From Victivallales bacterium (GTDB taxonomy: Bacteria; Verrucomicrobiota; Lentisphaeria; Victivallales; G963678815), in NCBI GenBank assembly GCA_963678815.1, contig OY787460.1:6394861-6458860 (forward strand): DNA of 64,000 nucleotides, written 5' to 3'. Under the pieces are notes generated by a model. It saw nothing but the letters and a program-made list of their open reading frames with translations. It had not been told where the DNA came from and ran no database searches. Shown here piece by piece: positions 1 to 8,749 of this stretch (positions within the stretch are counted from its first letter, which is position 1; each line of letters starts with the position of its first letter). The translations under genes were made by a program, and so were the position numbers.

Positions 1-1053
1 TTTCCAGTTCCTGTCATTGAAATTCAGCTTGTTCCAGCCTGAATAGCAATGAAAAGATCCTTTCCAGCTTTTATTGGTATATATCCTGCGGAAGGAACCG
101 TCTTTGTATTGGATGTAAACTTCAATGCCGGTTGAACACAGTGGATCGATGCGCTGCCTGATCAGATTGATTCCAGTCCAATCGCTGAAAGCAATGACAT
201 TTTTCCCCGGACGCAGGCAGCCAGTGATATTGACAGTTTCATAATTTGTTTTGGCAAGTCCAGATGCTATTTTTTTTCCATTGATGTAAAGTTTATAATC
301 GCAAGTTGGTATAAAACACAATTCCGCTGACTTTACCGGTTTGTCAATAATGAATTCCTTACGGAAATATTGCCGCCAGACTGGTCGGACAACCTTCACC
401 CAGTCAATCTCAATTTTGTTTCCTTTCCCGGAAATATCAAAACAAAGCGAATTGCGGCGAACTCCCTTGTTGCGTCTGTCCATCGGTAACAGGAACCTGA
501 TAATCTGCCAGCCAGTGCCTTTCACCAAAATAGTTTTCTTATCCATGTACGGCGGCATACCGGCCTGATTCGCAAGCACTGTCCATTTTGATTGCGGCAG
601 CAACTGCTTAACCCTTGCCTCGACTTCCCAACCGTGCCGGAAAATCATCTGCGAATTCAACGGCCAGGTCGAACCGATATCCAAACCTTTCACGCCTGGA
701 TCGTTGAAGTGGTCTCCCCAGTAGAAAAAAGCTTTATTGCCGGTAGTAAATTTCAGTTTTCCATCTTCCATTACAGGATTGATTATTCCCGGGGAGAATC
801 TGGTGATTCCATCGAACTTGCCTTTGTCGAAATTCCAGGTTGTCAGCTTTTCTATTTCCGGACTGTCCGCGTTCGTTTTATCTTCAAGCTTCGGGTTCCC
901 CGCGGGTAAAACCAGCTGGGCGTTCCAACGATACAGGGGAGTAGCCAGCCCTTTAGAATCAACAAGTTGAGAAAGGTTTTGCCGTTCATTGCCGGCAACG
1001 GTGATGCAGGATGAAGCGATTGAAAAAAGCAAAATAAGACAGATTTTTTTCAT
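1..1053 (-). CDS. Secreted protein, partial (runs off left edge); signal peptide plus beta-sandwich region resembling the N-terminal domain of alpha-L-rhamnosidase-type glycoside hydrolases
   Basis: Not in the ORF track because it has no stop inside the window. My translation of the reverse strand is open from the ATG (1053-1051) to base 1. It reads MKKICLILLFSIASSCITVAGNERQ (signal peptide) ... YFRKEFIIDKPVKSAELCFIPTCDYKLYINGKKIASG ... NKLNFNDRNWK, a pattern I associate with rhamnosidase-N / galactose-binding-like domains. The + strand ORFs at 341-970 are antisense to it. Confidence 0.55.
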   Translation of the reverse strand, partial: MKKICLILLFSIASSCITVAGNERQNLSQLVDSKGLATPLYRWNAQLVLPAGNPKLEDKTNADSPEIEKLTTWNFDKGKFDGITRFSPGIINPVMEDGKLKFTTGNKAFFYWGDHFNDPGVKGLDIGSTWPLNSQMIFRHGWEVEARVKQLLPQSKWTVLANQAGMPPYMDKKTILVKGTGWQIIRFLLPMDRRNKGVRRNSLCFDISGKGNKIEIDWVKVVRPVWRQYFRKEFIIDKPVKSAELCFIPTCDYKLYINGKKIASGLAKTNYETVNITGCLRPGKNVIAFSDWTGINLIRQRIDPLCSTGIEVYIQYKDGSFRRIYTNKSWKGSFHCYSGWNKLNFNDRNWK

Positions 1054-1125
1054 AAAAACTCTCATGTAAATTACATTATTTAAAGTTTGTTTTTGAAAGT
1101 ATAAATTATTAAGCAGGCTGCTTGA

Positions 1126-1833
1126 TCAGTCGTTAAGGTACCAATCCCTGAATTCCGGAGATCCGACCGTCATGCGGTTCTGAGTGGTCACATGCCCGTC
1201 CACCCACAAATAATTACAATTGCCGCTGTGCCTGGTTCCAGATACGTAATATCCCGTCGAACCCTGAGCTATTTCGGCGTCATAATAACCGTCTTCATTA
1301 GAATCACCAGCCAGAATCGTTGAAGCCGGTTTCTCAATTTCATTTGTTTTGGGACAATAATGTCCACAGTAAGCGCCGCCAATTGAAAAATTCATTCCAT
1401 AGAACGACCACGACCTGGCCATATACGAATTTGAATAACTGAGCCATTTATTTTGATTTCCCGCCGGACAATAAAATAACTCTCCCTTATTCATTTCATT
1501 AACATAATGCCATTGCTTCGCACCGCCCATTTCCTCATTTATCAGCCCAATCCAGCAATTTTCCGGATGATATCTTGTGCTGCCATCGTGCCACATCGGG
1601 AAGCGGTCATCCCAATTATCCAGATACATAGTAAATCCGGTGCCGATTTGTTTAAGGTTGTTACTGCAACTTGCAGTAAGTGCGGTTTCCCTGGCCCTTT
1701 TCAATGCCGGAAGCAGCATTGCCGCAAGTATGGCAATTATCGCTATTACAACCAGCAATTCGATAAGAGTAAAATCCCCGCGATTGAGATAATGCAAAAA
1801 ACCAGTTCCTCGTATTGAGTTCCGTGACTTCAT
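1126..1833 (-). CDS. Prepilin-type N-terminal domain protein, DUF1559 / H-X9-DG family (pseudopilin-like)
   Basis: ORF 1126..1854. I prefer the ATG at 1833 because AAGGAG (rc of 1840-1845) lies 6 nt upstream. N-terminus is ...[33 protein letters not shown]; C-terminus [14 protein letters not shown] matches H-X9-DG. Confidence 0.85.
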   Translation of the reverse strand: MKSRNSIRGTGFLHYLNRGDFTLIELLVVIAIIAILAAMLLPALKRARETALTASCSNNLKQIGTGFTMYLDNWDDRFPMWHDGSTRYHPENCWIGLINEEMGGAKQWHYVNEMNKGELFYCPAGNQNKWLSYSNSYMARSWSFYGMNFSIGGAYCGHYCPKTNEIEKPASTILAGDSNEDGYYDAEIAQGSTGYYVSGTRHSGNCNYLWVDGHVTTQNRMTVGSPEFRDWYLND

Positions 1834-2054
1834 TTTCTTCTCCTTCAACTTCATTGCATAATTGTCCGCTTTATCGTAATTATAAAACTATTATTCCGCA
1901 AACAACAGACTTTTTAAAGTAATTTATAGAATAATCCGTCAATTATAGTATTGTCTGATATTGCCAAGTTAAACTTGACCAAGAACAAAGATCATGCTGA
2001 CCTAATCATGAAAAACTTATGACTCTTCATGAGAGTTAGCGATATCATGTTTTT

Positions 2055-2831
2055 TTATTTTCCGTCAAAATAATTCCACATATTAACTGGTGTTGATGAG
2101 GTTCCCAGAGGCGCAAAAACTTTAACTGAACCCGTGTGACCATCGGCATACAGCACGTTCACAATACTTTCAGAGTGATTTGCCGGACATAATCCATGCT
2201 TCATGTCCGTCAAAATCCCGGTCCTGGAACTGGTTTTTGCGGCATTTATCGAGATAGTGTCGCTTGAATCACCGTTGACCAGGTAATTACCGTCAAAATG
2301 AGTCCGGTAGAAATAACCTCCCGATAAATTCGTAGTATTATGGTTATACTCGGCCTTTTCCCAAATGCTTTCCAATGTCCAGCCTGCAAAGGCGTTTGAA
2401 ACATTAAATTCATATCTGACATCAATTGGACATGGACAGTAATGGATCCTTCGTGCGCTCCCGTTATAATTGCCAAAATATCCGCTTCCGTAAAGACGCC
2501 CCAGCCCAACCCAGCGATTTGACGAATTATATAAATACCAGTAATAGCCAGTGTAACTGCTTCCGCCGCTGCCTCCGGCATAATAAAATGGATTCGGGTA
2601 GTTTCCGTTAAAATCCCCGGCATAGGAATTCAGCGCGAAACCGAATTGCTTGAGGTTCCCGGAACAACTTGCAGTTTTTGCCCGTTCCCTTGCTTTTTTC
2701 AAGGCTGGCAACAGCATTGCCGCAAGTATGGCAATTATCGCTATTACAACCAATAATTCGATAAGGGTAAAATCTTTTTGATTCAGTCGATGAAAAGTAA
2801 TTGATTTATTAACTGATCTTTTTAATTTCAT
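2055..2831 (-). CDS. Prepilin-type N-terminal domain protein, DUF1559-like (pseudopilin-like)
   Basis: [49 protein letters not shown]; C-terminal [20 protein letters not shown] (rc of 2837-2842) lies 5 nt upstream of the ATG. Confidence 0.85.
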   Translation of the reverse strand: MKLKRSVNKSITFHRLNQKDFTLIELLVVIAIIAILAAMLLPALKKARERAKTASCSGNLKQFGFALNSYAGDFNGNYPNPFYYAGGSGGSSYTGYYWYLYNSSNRWVGLGRLYGSGYFGNYNGSARRIHYCPCPIDVRYEFNVSNAFAGWTLESIWEKAEYNHNTTNLSGGYFYRTHFDGNYLVNGDSSDTISINAAKTSSRTGILTDMKHGLCPANHSESIVNVLYADGHTGSVKVFAPLGTSSTPVNMWNYFDGK

Positions 2832-2849
2832 TTTTTACCTCCATAAATG

Positions 2850-2879
2850 ATTATAACATACATATGCACATTAATTCAA
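2850..2879 (-). promoter_or_regulatory. Proximal sigma70-like promoter of the 2055-2831 pseudopilin gene
   Basis: Minus strand reads TTGAAT (2879-2874), an 18-nt spacer, then TGT-TATAAT (extended -10, 2858-2850). The predicted start falls just upstream of the GGAGGT Shine-Dalgarno. Confidence 0.4.
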
Positions 2880-3104
2880 ATACCTGACGTCAAACTTTCC
2901 AGCAAGTTCTTTCCGCTTGCTTAGCTCCCCGCTAATCCCTCGCCAGTAGTCACTTTCACCATTTGGTTTTCCCCTCATGGAATTGTCTTTCAGTCAGCAT
3001 AGGGAATCACATTGATTTGCAAGCTATTATGCCCGAATAGCTTCCGGATTGATTTTTCGATCTCGCTCCTTTTATTCCTGCTCGGATCCAGCACCCTAAC
3101 TTCT

Positions 3105-3149
3105 TAATCGATTATGATGTATAATACCCTATCCGGAGCGGATTGTCAA
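3105..3149 (-). promoter_or_regulatory. Distal promoter with overlapping palindromic operator TAATCGATTA
   Basis: Minus strand reads TTGACA (3149-3144), exactly 17 nt, TATTAT (3126-3121), then the palindrome TAATCGATTA (3105-3114) at the predicted transcription start. The same architecture occurs at 58301-58351. Confidence 0.5.
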
Positions 3150-3247
3150 GACGTTTTATATATATTGTTCAGCTTTTTCTTCCACAAAACCAGAAATTCA
3201 ATCAGGACAATGCTTGAAACATCAGCATTTCCCGGCACTTGTAATGC

Positions 3248-3259
3248 ATAATCGATTAT
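3248..3259. promoter_or_regulatory. Perfect 12-bp palindrome ATAATCGATTAT (auxiliary operator candidate)
   Basis: Exact palindrome. Its centre lies 144 bp from the centre of the 3105-3114 copy. I could not read a convincing promoter beside it. Confidence 0.45.
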
Positions 3260-3359
3260 GTTGCTGACGGCAACAAAGGGGATCAGTGGCAATTCCACCT
3301 CTTTCCAAGGTGAGCATTTTCAGTTATACGATATATTCCAGCATGGCCGGACAGGAGCT

Positions 3360-3632
3360 TCAATGAAGCTCAACAGAGAATTCTAATTCAATTATGCAAA
3401 TATTATCCTTCCAAACCTGGACGATCCGGAAATTCTCCCTGAGCTCAATTACCTTCTCTACGAACTCAGGATTCATTTTGTGATTAAAAAATAATCCGCC
3501 ACCGTTCCTCGGGAATTCCAACGTCCCTCCGACTTGGCTATACGCATGTCGTCTGATTTCCCCGGCGGCTTCGATATCTCACGGCAAGCCATACGCAGCC
3601 CAACGTCCACGATCATTCATTATTTCTTCCAT
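3360..3632 (-). pseudogene. Small ORF (90 codons) interrupted by a single in-frame TGA at codon 18; unknown family
   Basis: The ATG at 3632 is 2 nt after the stop of the upstream Gfo/Idh/MocA gene (operon-like spacing). Translation: MEEIMNDRGRWAAYGLP-TGA(3581-3579)-DIEAAGEIRRHAYSQVGGTLEFPRNGGGLFFNHKMNPEFVEKVIELRENFRIVQVWKDNICIIELEFSVELH, with the stop at 3362-3360. Too short after the TGA to appear in the ORF track. Confidence 0.3.
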
Positions 3633-3634
3633 GA

Positions 3635-4594
3635 TTATTGAAATGATTGAGCTTTTATCATTTCAATAATTTTCATTGTTTTCACACAATCACGGAACGA
3701 AGAACTTGTTGTTTGTTTCCGGCTTTTAACAGCATCCATAAATTCCCGGTTTTTCTCCATATATCCACCATAAATGTGAAATTCGTCACTTCCGGCAACT
3801 TGCTTCGAATCAAACTTAATTCCTTCATAATCGTTGTTTCGATAAAAAGTAGCTACCCCTTCAGGTTCCGCATCCACATATACTCCAGGAGCATGAATCT
3901 CTATTTGAAAAACCCGTCGTCCTGAAGCAAAATTATTAAAAACATATCCTGTAGAACCATTATCAAAATGTAATGTTGCACCTATACAATTAACATCCGG
4001 AGTCTGAATATGCTTGCTAAAGCTCTCTACTTTAACTATCTCGCCACCACACATCCAGCGAACAGTGTCAACGGCATGGGATCCATCATTAGTCAGATGA
4101 TCCGTTGCCATTGTCCTTGGTTTCAGGGCACATTTGAAAAATTCACAACTGGAGTAGAAAACAGGACCATGTTTTAAACATTCATCCCGCATTTTTTTCA
4201 GCAAAGGACATGAACGCCGTTGATAGCCCACCTGAGTTATGCAATCATTTTTTTCCGCCAGATATGCAAGTGATTCCGCTTGATGCAAGGTAATCCCCAT
4301 CGGTTTTTCAATGAATAAATTCATCTTCTCCTCAAGACACCATGTCCATATATCGTACATATAATGGGCCGGACCGATAACATATAATGCATCCGGAGCT
4401 GTTTTTTCTACCATTTTCCTGTAGTCATTAAACCTCTTTTCAACACTGTATTTATCAGCAGTCTGATTTAAGCGTTGTTTGTCAATATCACAAATTGCAT
4501 CGATAATGACATCATCAAAAGATGCCAGAGATGGATAATGCACCATATTGGCAAGTTCTCCGGCGCCGACAAAAGCAATTCTTATTTTACTCAT
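3635..4594 (-). CDS. Gfo/Idh/MocA family NAD(P)-dependent oxidoreductase
   Basis: N-terminal Rossmann motif KIRIAFVGAGELANMVHYP, followed by the EKP motif (LFIEKPMG) and the C-terminal alpha/beta domain typical of the family. Confidence 0.85.
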   Translation of the reverse strand: MSKIRIAFVGAGELANMVHYPSLASFDDVIIDAICDIDKQRLNQTADKYSVEKRFNDYRKMVEKTAPDALYVIGPAHYMYDIWTWCLEEKMNLFIEKPMGITLHQAESLAYLAEKNDCITQVGYQRRSCPLLKKMRDECLKHGPVFYSSCEFFKCALKPRTMATDHLTNDGSHAVDTVRWMCGGEIVKVESFSKHIQTPDVNCIGATLHFDNGSTGYVFNNFASGRRVFQIEIHAPGVYVDAEPEGVATFYRNNDYEGIKFDSKQVAGSDEFHIYGGYMEKNREFMDAVKSRKQTTSSSFRDCVKTMKIIEMIKAQSFQ

Positions 4595-4657
4595 GATTTT
4601 CCTTGGTATTTTCGTTATTTAATCACTAATGATGAAAAATGTAGCTGTTGGATATTT

Positions 4658-5614
4658 TTAATTATTTACTTTAAGAATGCTTTTTTCATTCCCAGAACGC
4701 CAAATCAAATCAAGCATTCTCATAACGCTTTCCATCCGTTTTATTGAAAGCGGTGACTTTTTATTTTCAACCATTTCGATGATTTTTGCGATAGTCTGCT
4801 GGTAGTTGTTTTTCGTTTCAAAAGGATAATGTGATGTTTCCCCTGTTATAAGACCTCCATAATAGCAATAATCCATGCCGTTCCCGAGTTGCAGTGTTGC
4901 GATAAGACCATTTTTATATTTAATATTAACGGCATGAGTATCCGCAAGGTTATCCCGTTTAAATAAATGATGATCACCATGTGTCAGTGTTGAGAAAGCA
5001 GAATAGAGCTCATCTATATCCTCAAGACCGATAATTTCATCCAGGATGTCGACGCCATGTACACCGAGATATACCAACGGACCACCGGTATTGTCAAACG
5101 ACACGTGCCATTCACTTTCCGGAGTCAGATAACTGTTAACAGTGTGATGCAACGCAATAAAGGCAAGCTGAATACTACCGAGTTTTTGTTCACGAACAAG
5201 CCGCGCGGCTTGTTGTACAGCATCGTCATATCGCATTGCCGAAGTGCTCAAAAGAGGCGTTTCTGTCATCTTTGCACATTCAAGTATTTTCGAAGTATTT
5301 TCAAGATTGTTTGCCAGCGGCTTGGATATGTAGAGAGGCACTCCACGTTTCAGCACTTCGCATGCATATTTTGCTGTATCCCGCGTTTTGACATCCATAA
5401 TAATCAACTGGACATTATCCGCCACTTCCTCCGGAGTTTCCGCTTGTTTTTCAAGTTGATATTCTTTCTGAAATTCGGCGCAATTCTGCTTATCTTCGTC
5501 CCAAGCCATTGCCAATTCCAAACGCTCGTAATTTTCACTCATACAAGATGCAAATCTTCTTGGCATTCCCGAACAACTTGTTCCGACGAATCCCACTCTT
5601 ATTTTTTTAGACAT
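4658..5614 (-). CDS. Gfo/Idh/MocA-like oxidoreductase paralog with atypical dinucleotide-binding loop
   Basis: KIRVGFVGTSCSGMPRRF replaces the usual GxGxxG/A loop. PLYISKPLA corresponds to the EKP motif with E replaced by S. Same size and layout as its neighbour. Confidence 0.65.
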   Translation of the reverse strand: MSKKIRVGFVGTSCSGMPRRFASCMSENYERLELAMAWDEDKQNCAEFQKEYQLEKQAETPEEVADNVQLIIMDVKTRDTAKYACEVLKRGVPLYISKPLANNLENTSKILECAKMTETPLLSTSAMRYDDAVQQAARLVREQKLGSIQLAFIALHHTVNSYLTPESEWHVSFDNTGGPLVYLGVHGVDILDEIIGLEDIDELYSAFSTLTHGDHHLFKRDNLADTHAVNIKYKNGLIATLQLGNGMDYCYYGGLITGETSHYPFETKNNYQQTIAKIIEMVENKKSPLSIKRMESVMRMLDLIWRSGNEKSILKVNN

Positions 5615-5641
5615 AATTACCTTTGGGGTGTTAAGTTATTG

Positions 5642-7147
5642 TTATGCATTATTTTTAATGCTTTTGCCCTTCAGGAATTCTCTCCCGAGCTGATTGAAGT
5701 CAAATTGATTATAATCCTTCATCACAATCAATCTTTCTATACTGCGATTATAGTTATAATCATGTTTTAATATTATTTTATTTGCCCGTTCTTTACCTCT
5801 TAATTTCTTCATTATTTGTTCCGGGAACCAATTATTTTGGATTTTTTGCAAAAATCCGTCAACTATTTCTTTACAATCTACATCATTATATCTGTCGACT
5901 TTTTCATGAGGATCTTCTTCAAGATTAAAAAGCTGGAAAGATTTAAATTCGTGATAATATACAAATTTCCATTCATTTGAGCGAATCATGCAAGATGGTT
6001 TTCCTCCAAGGAGACCGCAAAACTCGGAAAAAGTTTCGTTTTGCCATTTTTTCTCTATATTATTTTTTAACAGCAATGACTTAAAACTTTTCCCCGATAT
6101 ATCCGGAAGTTGTTTCGCTCCAGCCATATCCAAAATGGTAGGGCCGATATCAATTAAATTTACTACGTTCTTGTTTTTAATATTTTTTCGGGGTTTTTCA
6201 GGCCATGATATGATGAGGGGAACTTTGACGGAACCATTGTAGAAACAGCTTTTCCACCACATCCCGTGTTCATTTGCCATATCTCCATGATCAGAGCAAT
6301 AAATAATTATAGTGTTTTTAGATTTTGGATGTGAATCGACTGCCTCCAGAATTCTCCCCAGGTTTTCATCCATTTCAGTAATCAGGCCGTAATATGCAGC
6401 TAAAGCCCTACGGTTTTGTTCAACTGTCAGTTCATCAACTTTGCGCCGTTTTCGCCAAATCCTGATTGCGGGATTTATTTCAGCAATATTTTTTTCGTTT
6501 GAATCTGCTGGTTCAATTGCACTGTAGTAATATTCAAACAAGTCCCTCCTGCAAATCAAAGGATTGTGTGGAGATATCATACCTGTGACCAGACAAAAAG
6601 GAGCAGAGGAATTTTCATGGCTTTTGATATATTCACAAGCTCTGTCAGTCACTTTCCTGTCAAACAGCTGATAACCAGTTTTGCCGTAACCAGCTACTTC
6701 AACAGCATATTTTGTTTGTCCGGTTGTTCTGTTGAATCCAGAGCCTAAAATCTCAGGTGACAGAAACGAACTTGCAGGAACACAGTCATCGAATATACGT
6801 TCCTGAAAACCATGAAACTGGTCGATTCCCCGGAAATGCATTCTGCCGCAAAGTGCAGTATCATAGCCGGAATTTGTCAACGAATGTGCAAATGTGGGTT
6901 CGTCAGAAGCTAAAACACAGTCATTCGACCATACTTCAATCTCACTGGGGTATTTTGAAGCCATAAACGCCATTCTTGAGGGAACACACAAAGGAGATGG
7001 GCAATGTGCTTCAGTAAACATTATGCCATTTGCAGCCAGCCTGTCAAGATTTGGGGTTTTAATTATTTTATTTCCGGTACACCCCATTAAATTTGCATTA
7101 TGCTGATCAGACATAATTAAAACGATATTTGGTCTTTCTTCTTTCAT
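5642..7147 (-). CDS. Sulfatase (formylglycine-dependent, Cys-type), no signal peptide
   Basis: MKEERPNIVLIMSDQHN...SPLCVPSRMAFMASKYP (C-x-P-x-R) and later CSDHGD. The ATG overlaps the upstream stop (ATGA at 7144-7147). Confidence 0.9.
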   Translation of the reverse strand: MKEERPNIVLIMSDQHNANLMGCTGNKIIKTPNLDRLAANGIMFTEAHCPSPLCVPSRMAFMASKYPSEIEVWSNDCVLASDEPTFAHSLTNSGYDTALCGRMHFRGIDQFHGFQERIFDDCVPASSFLSPEILGSGFNRTTGQTKYAVEVAGYGKTGYQLFDRKVTDRACEYIKSHENSSAPFCLVTGMISPHNPLICRRDLFEYYYSAIEPADSNEKNIAEINPAIRIWRKRRKVDELTVEQNRRALAAYYGLITEMDENLGRILEAVDSHPKSKNTIIIYCSDHGDMANEHGMWWKSCFYNGSVKVPLIISWPEKPRKNIKNKNVVNLIDIGPTILDMAGAKQLPDISGKSFKSLLLKNNIEKKWQNETFSEFCGLLGGKPSCMIRSNEWKFVYYHEFKSFQLFNLEEDPHEKVDRYNDVDCKEIVDGFLQKIQNNWFPEQIMKKLRGKERANKIILKHDYNYNRSIERLIVMKDYNQFDFNQLGREFLKGKSIKNNA

Positions 7148-8466
7148 ATTATTTTATCTATTTTCACAACTTTTTTTCCCATCATGGCTTGATCCGCGGC
7201 AAATCCTATCAGATGACCATATATGGAATCTTCCAAACATGTACAAGTCAGGGGATTCTGCTTGCCTTTTATATAATTTATGAAATCCTCTACCAGGCGT
7301 TCGTCTCCGCCACCATGTCCTCCAAAAGCTCCTTCGGTGTCTCCGGCAATATTAAGACTGATATTCTTAGATTTATATCCTTCCTCTGATTTTGGGTCAA
7401 TATGATAAACACTGAAGTTGCCTTCTTTGAAAATTCCTCTTATTTCCCCCTGTGTGCCTATAATATGAATTGAACGTTCAGGTTTTGCGGTACCGCCAAT
7501 CATGTTATGGGTTGCGGTGGCTCCATCTTCAAACTCAATAATGATTGATTGATGATCTACCACATTATTGTCACATTTCCATACACAGCGACCATGTGGA
7601 TTATCATTTTTCAATGATTCGATTTTTTGTCTGATTGTTGGATTCTTTATATTTTCGATTGAGGCCCAGACATATGCGCCCCACCTTTCAGGATGATCAA
7701 TATATTGCTTGTAAGCTGAATACGGACATTCTTTCTCCATTATGCAGTCAACTAAGCATTTTGTTCCTGAATGCTTCGGGGCATTTTCAGGTTTAAAATT
7801 CATCAAAGAGCCAAAACTCGAAACATATTTTGGGAAAGCCCCACTTTTCATCCATAAAATAATATCAAGATCATGACAGCTTTTCTGCATCAACATGGAA
7901 GATCCGCATTTTTCATGATTGTTCCACTTTCCGCGGATAAAAGCGGTAGAGAAATGATGATGACATACGTGTTCGGTTGTTTGGATATTAACAATAGTTC
8001 CGATTTCACCACTAATGACCTTTTCTTTTATAGCTGTATAAAAAGGCGCATAACGCAATACGTGGCAAATCATTATTTTTCGTTCAAACTTTTTGTTTGC
8101 CTCAACCAATTTTAACATATCCCGCTTATTTGTTGCAATAGGCTTTTCCAGCAATATATCATAACCTTTTTCAATAAGCGGCAATGATGTTGGAACATGC
8201 TGACGGTCCATCGTTCCATTTATAATTACATCCGACATTTTATTCTTTTCAGCTACCTCCGTTGCCGAATAAAAACATTGTGAATCAGAAAGATTAAAGA
8301 TCTTTGCGGTCTCTTTTCGTCTGTTAGCATCAGGATCTGCAACCCCCACTATTCTAAGATTTTCCGGATATTTTTCCGAATAACGAGCGTACTGAATTGC
8401 TCTATGTCCAGCACCAATAATTATTGCTGTAATTGGGTTTTTATTTTTCATATCCATCAATTCCAT
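7144..8466 (-). CDS. Gfo/Idh/MocA family oxidoreductase (long, ~440 aa form)
   Basis: ITAIIIGAGHRAIQYARY Rossmann motif, LLEKPIA motif, and a long C-terminal extension. The start could also be one of the Met codons 3-5 codons downstream. Confidence 0.85.
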   Translation of the reverse strand: MELMDMKNKNPITAIIIGAGHRAIQYARYSEKYPENLRIVGVADPDANRRKETAKIFNLSDSQCFYSATEVAEKNKMSDVIINGTMDRQHVPTSLPLIEKGYDILLEKPIATNKRDMLKLVEANKKFERKIMICHVLRYAPFYTAIKEKVISGEIGTIVNIQTTEHVCHHHFSTAFIRGKWNNHEKCGSSMLMQKSCHDLDIILWMKSGAFPKYVSSFGSLMNFKPENAPKHSGTKCLVDCIMEKECPYSAYKQYIDHPERWGAYVWASIENIKNPTIRQKIESLKNDNPHGRCVWKCDNNVVDHQSIIIEFEDGATATHNMIGGTAKPERSIHIIGTQGEIRGIFKEGNFSVYHIDPKSEEGYKSKNISLNIAGDTEGAFGGHGGGDERLVEDFINYIKGKQNPLTCTCLEDSIYGHLIGFAADQAMMGKKVVKIDKII

Positions 8467-8560
8467 CTGTATCTTTTGAAGTTAATCTTGACCTTAAAGT
8501 AAGAATTTTTTAATTAATTATCATCCCTTTGCGCCGACGTATATATGGTCTTTTGCTAGT

Positions 8561-8749
8561 GTCGTGTTTCACTAAGAACCTTGATAATGCGTGAGCTATT
8601 TTTACCGTTTCAGTTGTGCTCGCGGCTGCAAGGTGATGCAAACCCATCTCTGCCAGCCGCGAGCGTGACTGAACGGAAAAAGAGTCACGCCGCAAGGCGG
8701 TTGCGCCCTTTCGCAGCAACATTATCCAAGGTTATTGGTGAAACACGAC
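8561..8749. ncRNA. Intercistronic GC-rich nested-hairpin element (structured RNA or ERIC/MITE-like palindromic unit); family not recognised
   Basis: Closing inverted repeat: GTCGTGTTTCAC TAAGAACCTTGATAATG (8561-8589) pairs with CATTATCCAAGGTTATTG GTGAAACACGAC (8720-8749). Inside are an 11-bp stem GCTCGCGGCTG/CAGCCGCGAGC, GTGACT/AGTCAC, and CGCC-GCAA-GGCG (a GNRA loop on the + strand). It begins 1 nt after the stop of the 8751-9989 gene. Confidence 0.35.

Noticed and set aside
341-970. Three + strand ORFs (341-568, 592-909, 737-970) at the left edge
   Set aside because: They are antisense to a continuous minus-strand frame (1-1053). That frame has a signal peptide and a GH-accessory-like domain and was missed by the track because it runs off the window.
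1106-1118. Hairpin AAGCAG-g-CTGCTT after the 1126 gene as an intrinsic terminator
   Set aside because: The effective stem is only 4-6 bp with a minimal loop and has no clear U-tract. The support is insufficient.
1126-2831. A type II secretion or type IV pilus operon, based on the pilin-like genes
   Set aside because: No secretin, GspE/PilB ATPase, GspF/PilC platform, prepilin peptidase or minor-pilin set accompanies any of the five genes. They are isolated within catabolic units.
3579-3581. In-frame TGA as a selenocysteine codon
   Set aside because: There is no Cys/redox motif around it, I could read no obvious hairpin immediately downstream, and no sel genes lie nearby. A pseudogene or sequencing error is the simpler explanation.
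8510-8722. 70-aa minus-strand ORF (MLLRKGATALRRDSFSVQ...) in the gap between two Gfo/Idh/MocA genes
   Set aside because: It lies entirely within the GC-rich nested-hairpin element. It has Arg/Ala/Ser-rich low-complexity composition, no Shine-Dalgarno, and no recognisable domain. It is best explained as a by-product of palindromic sequence.
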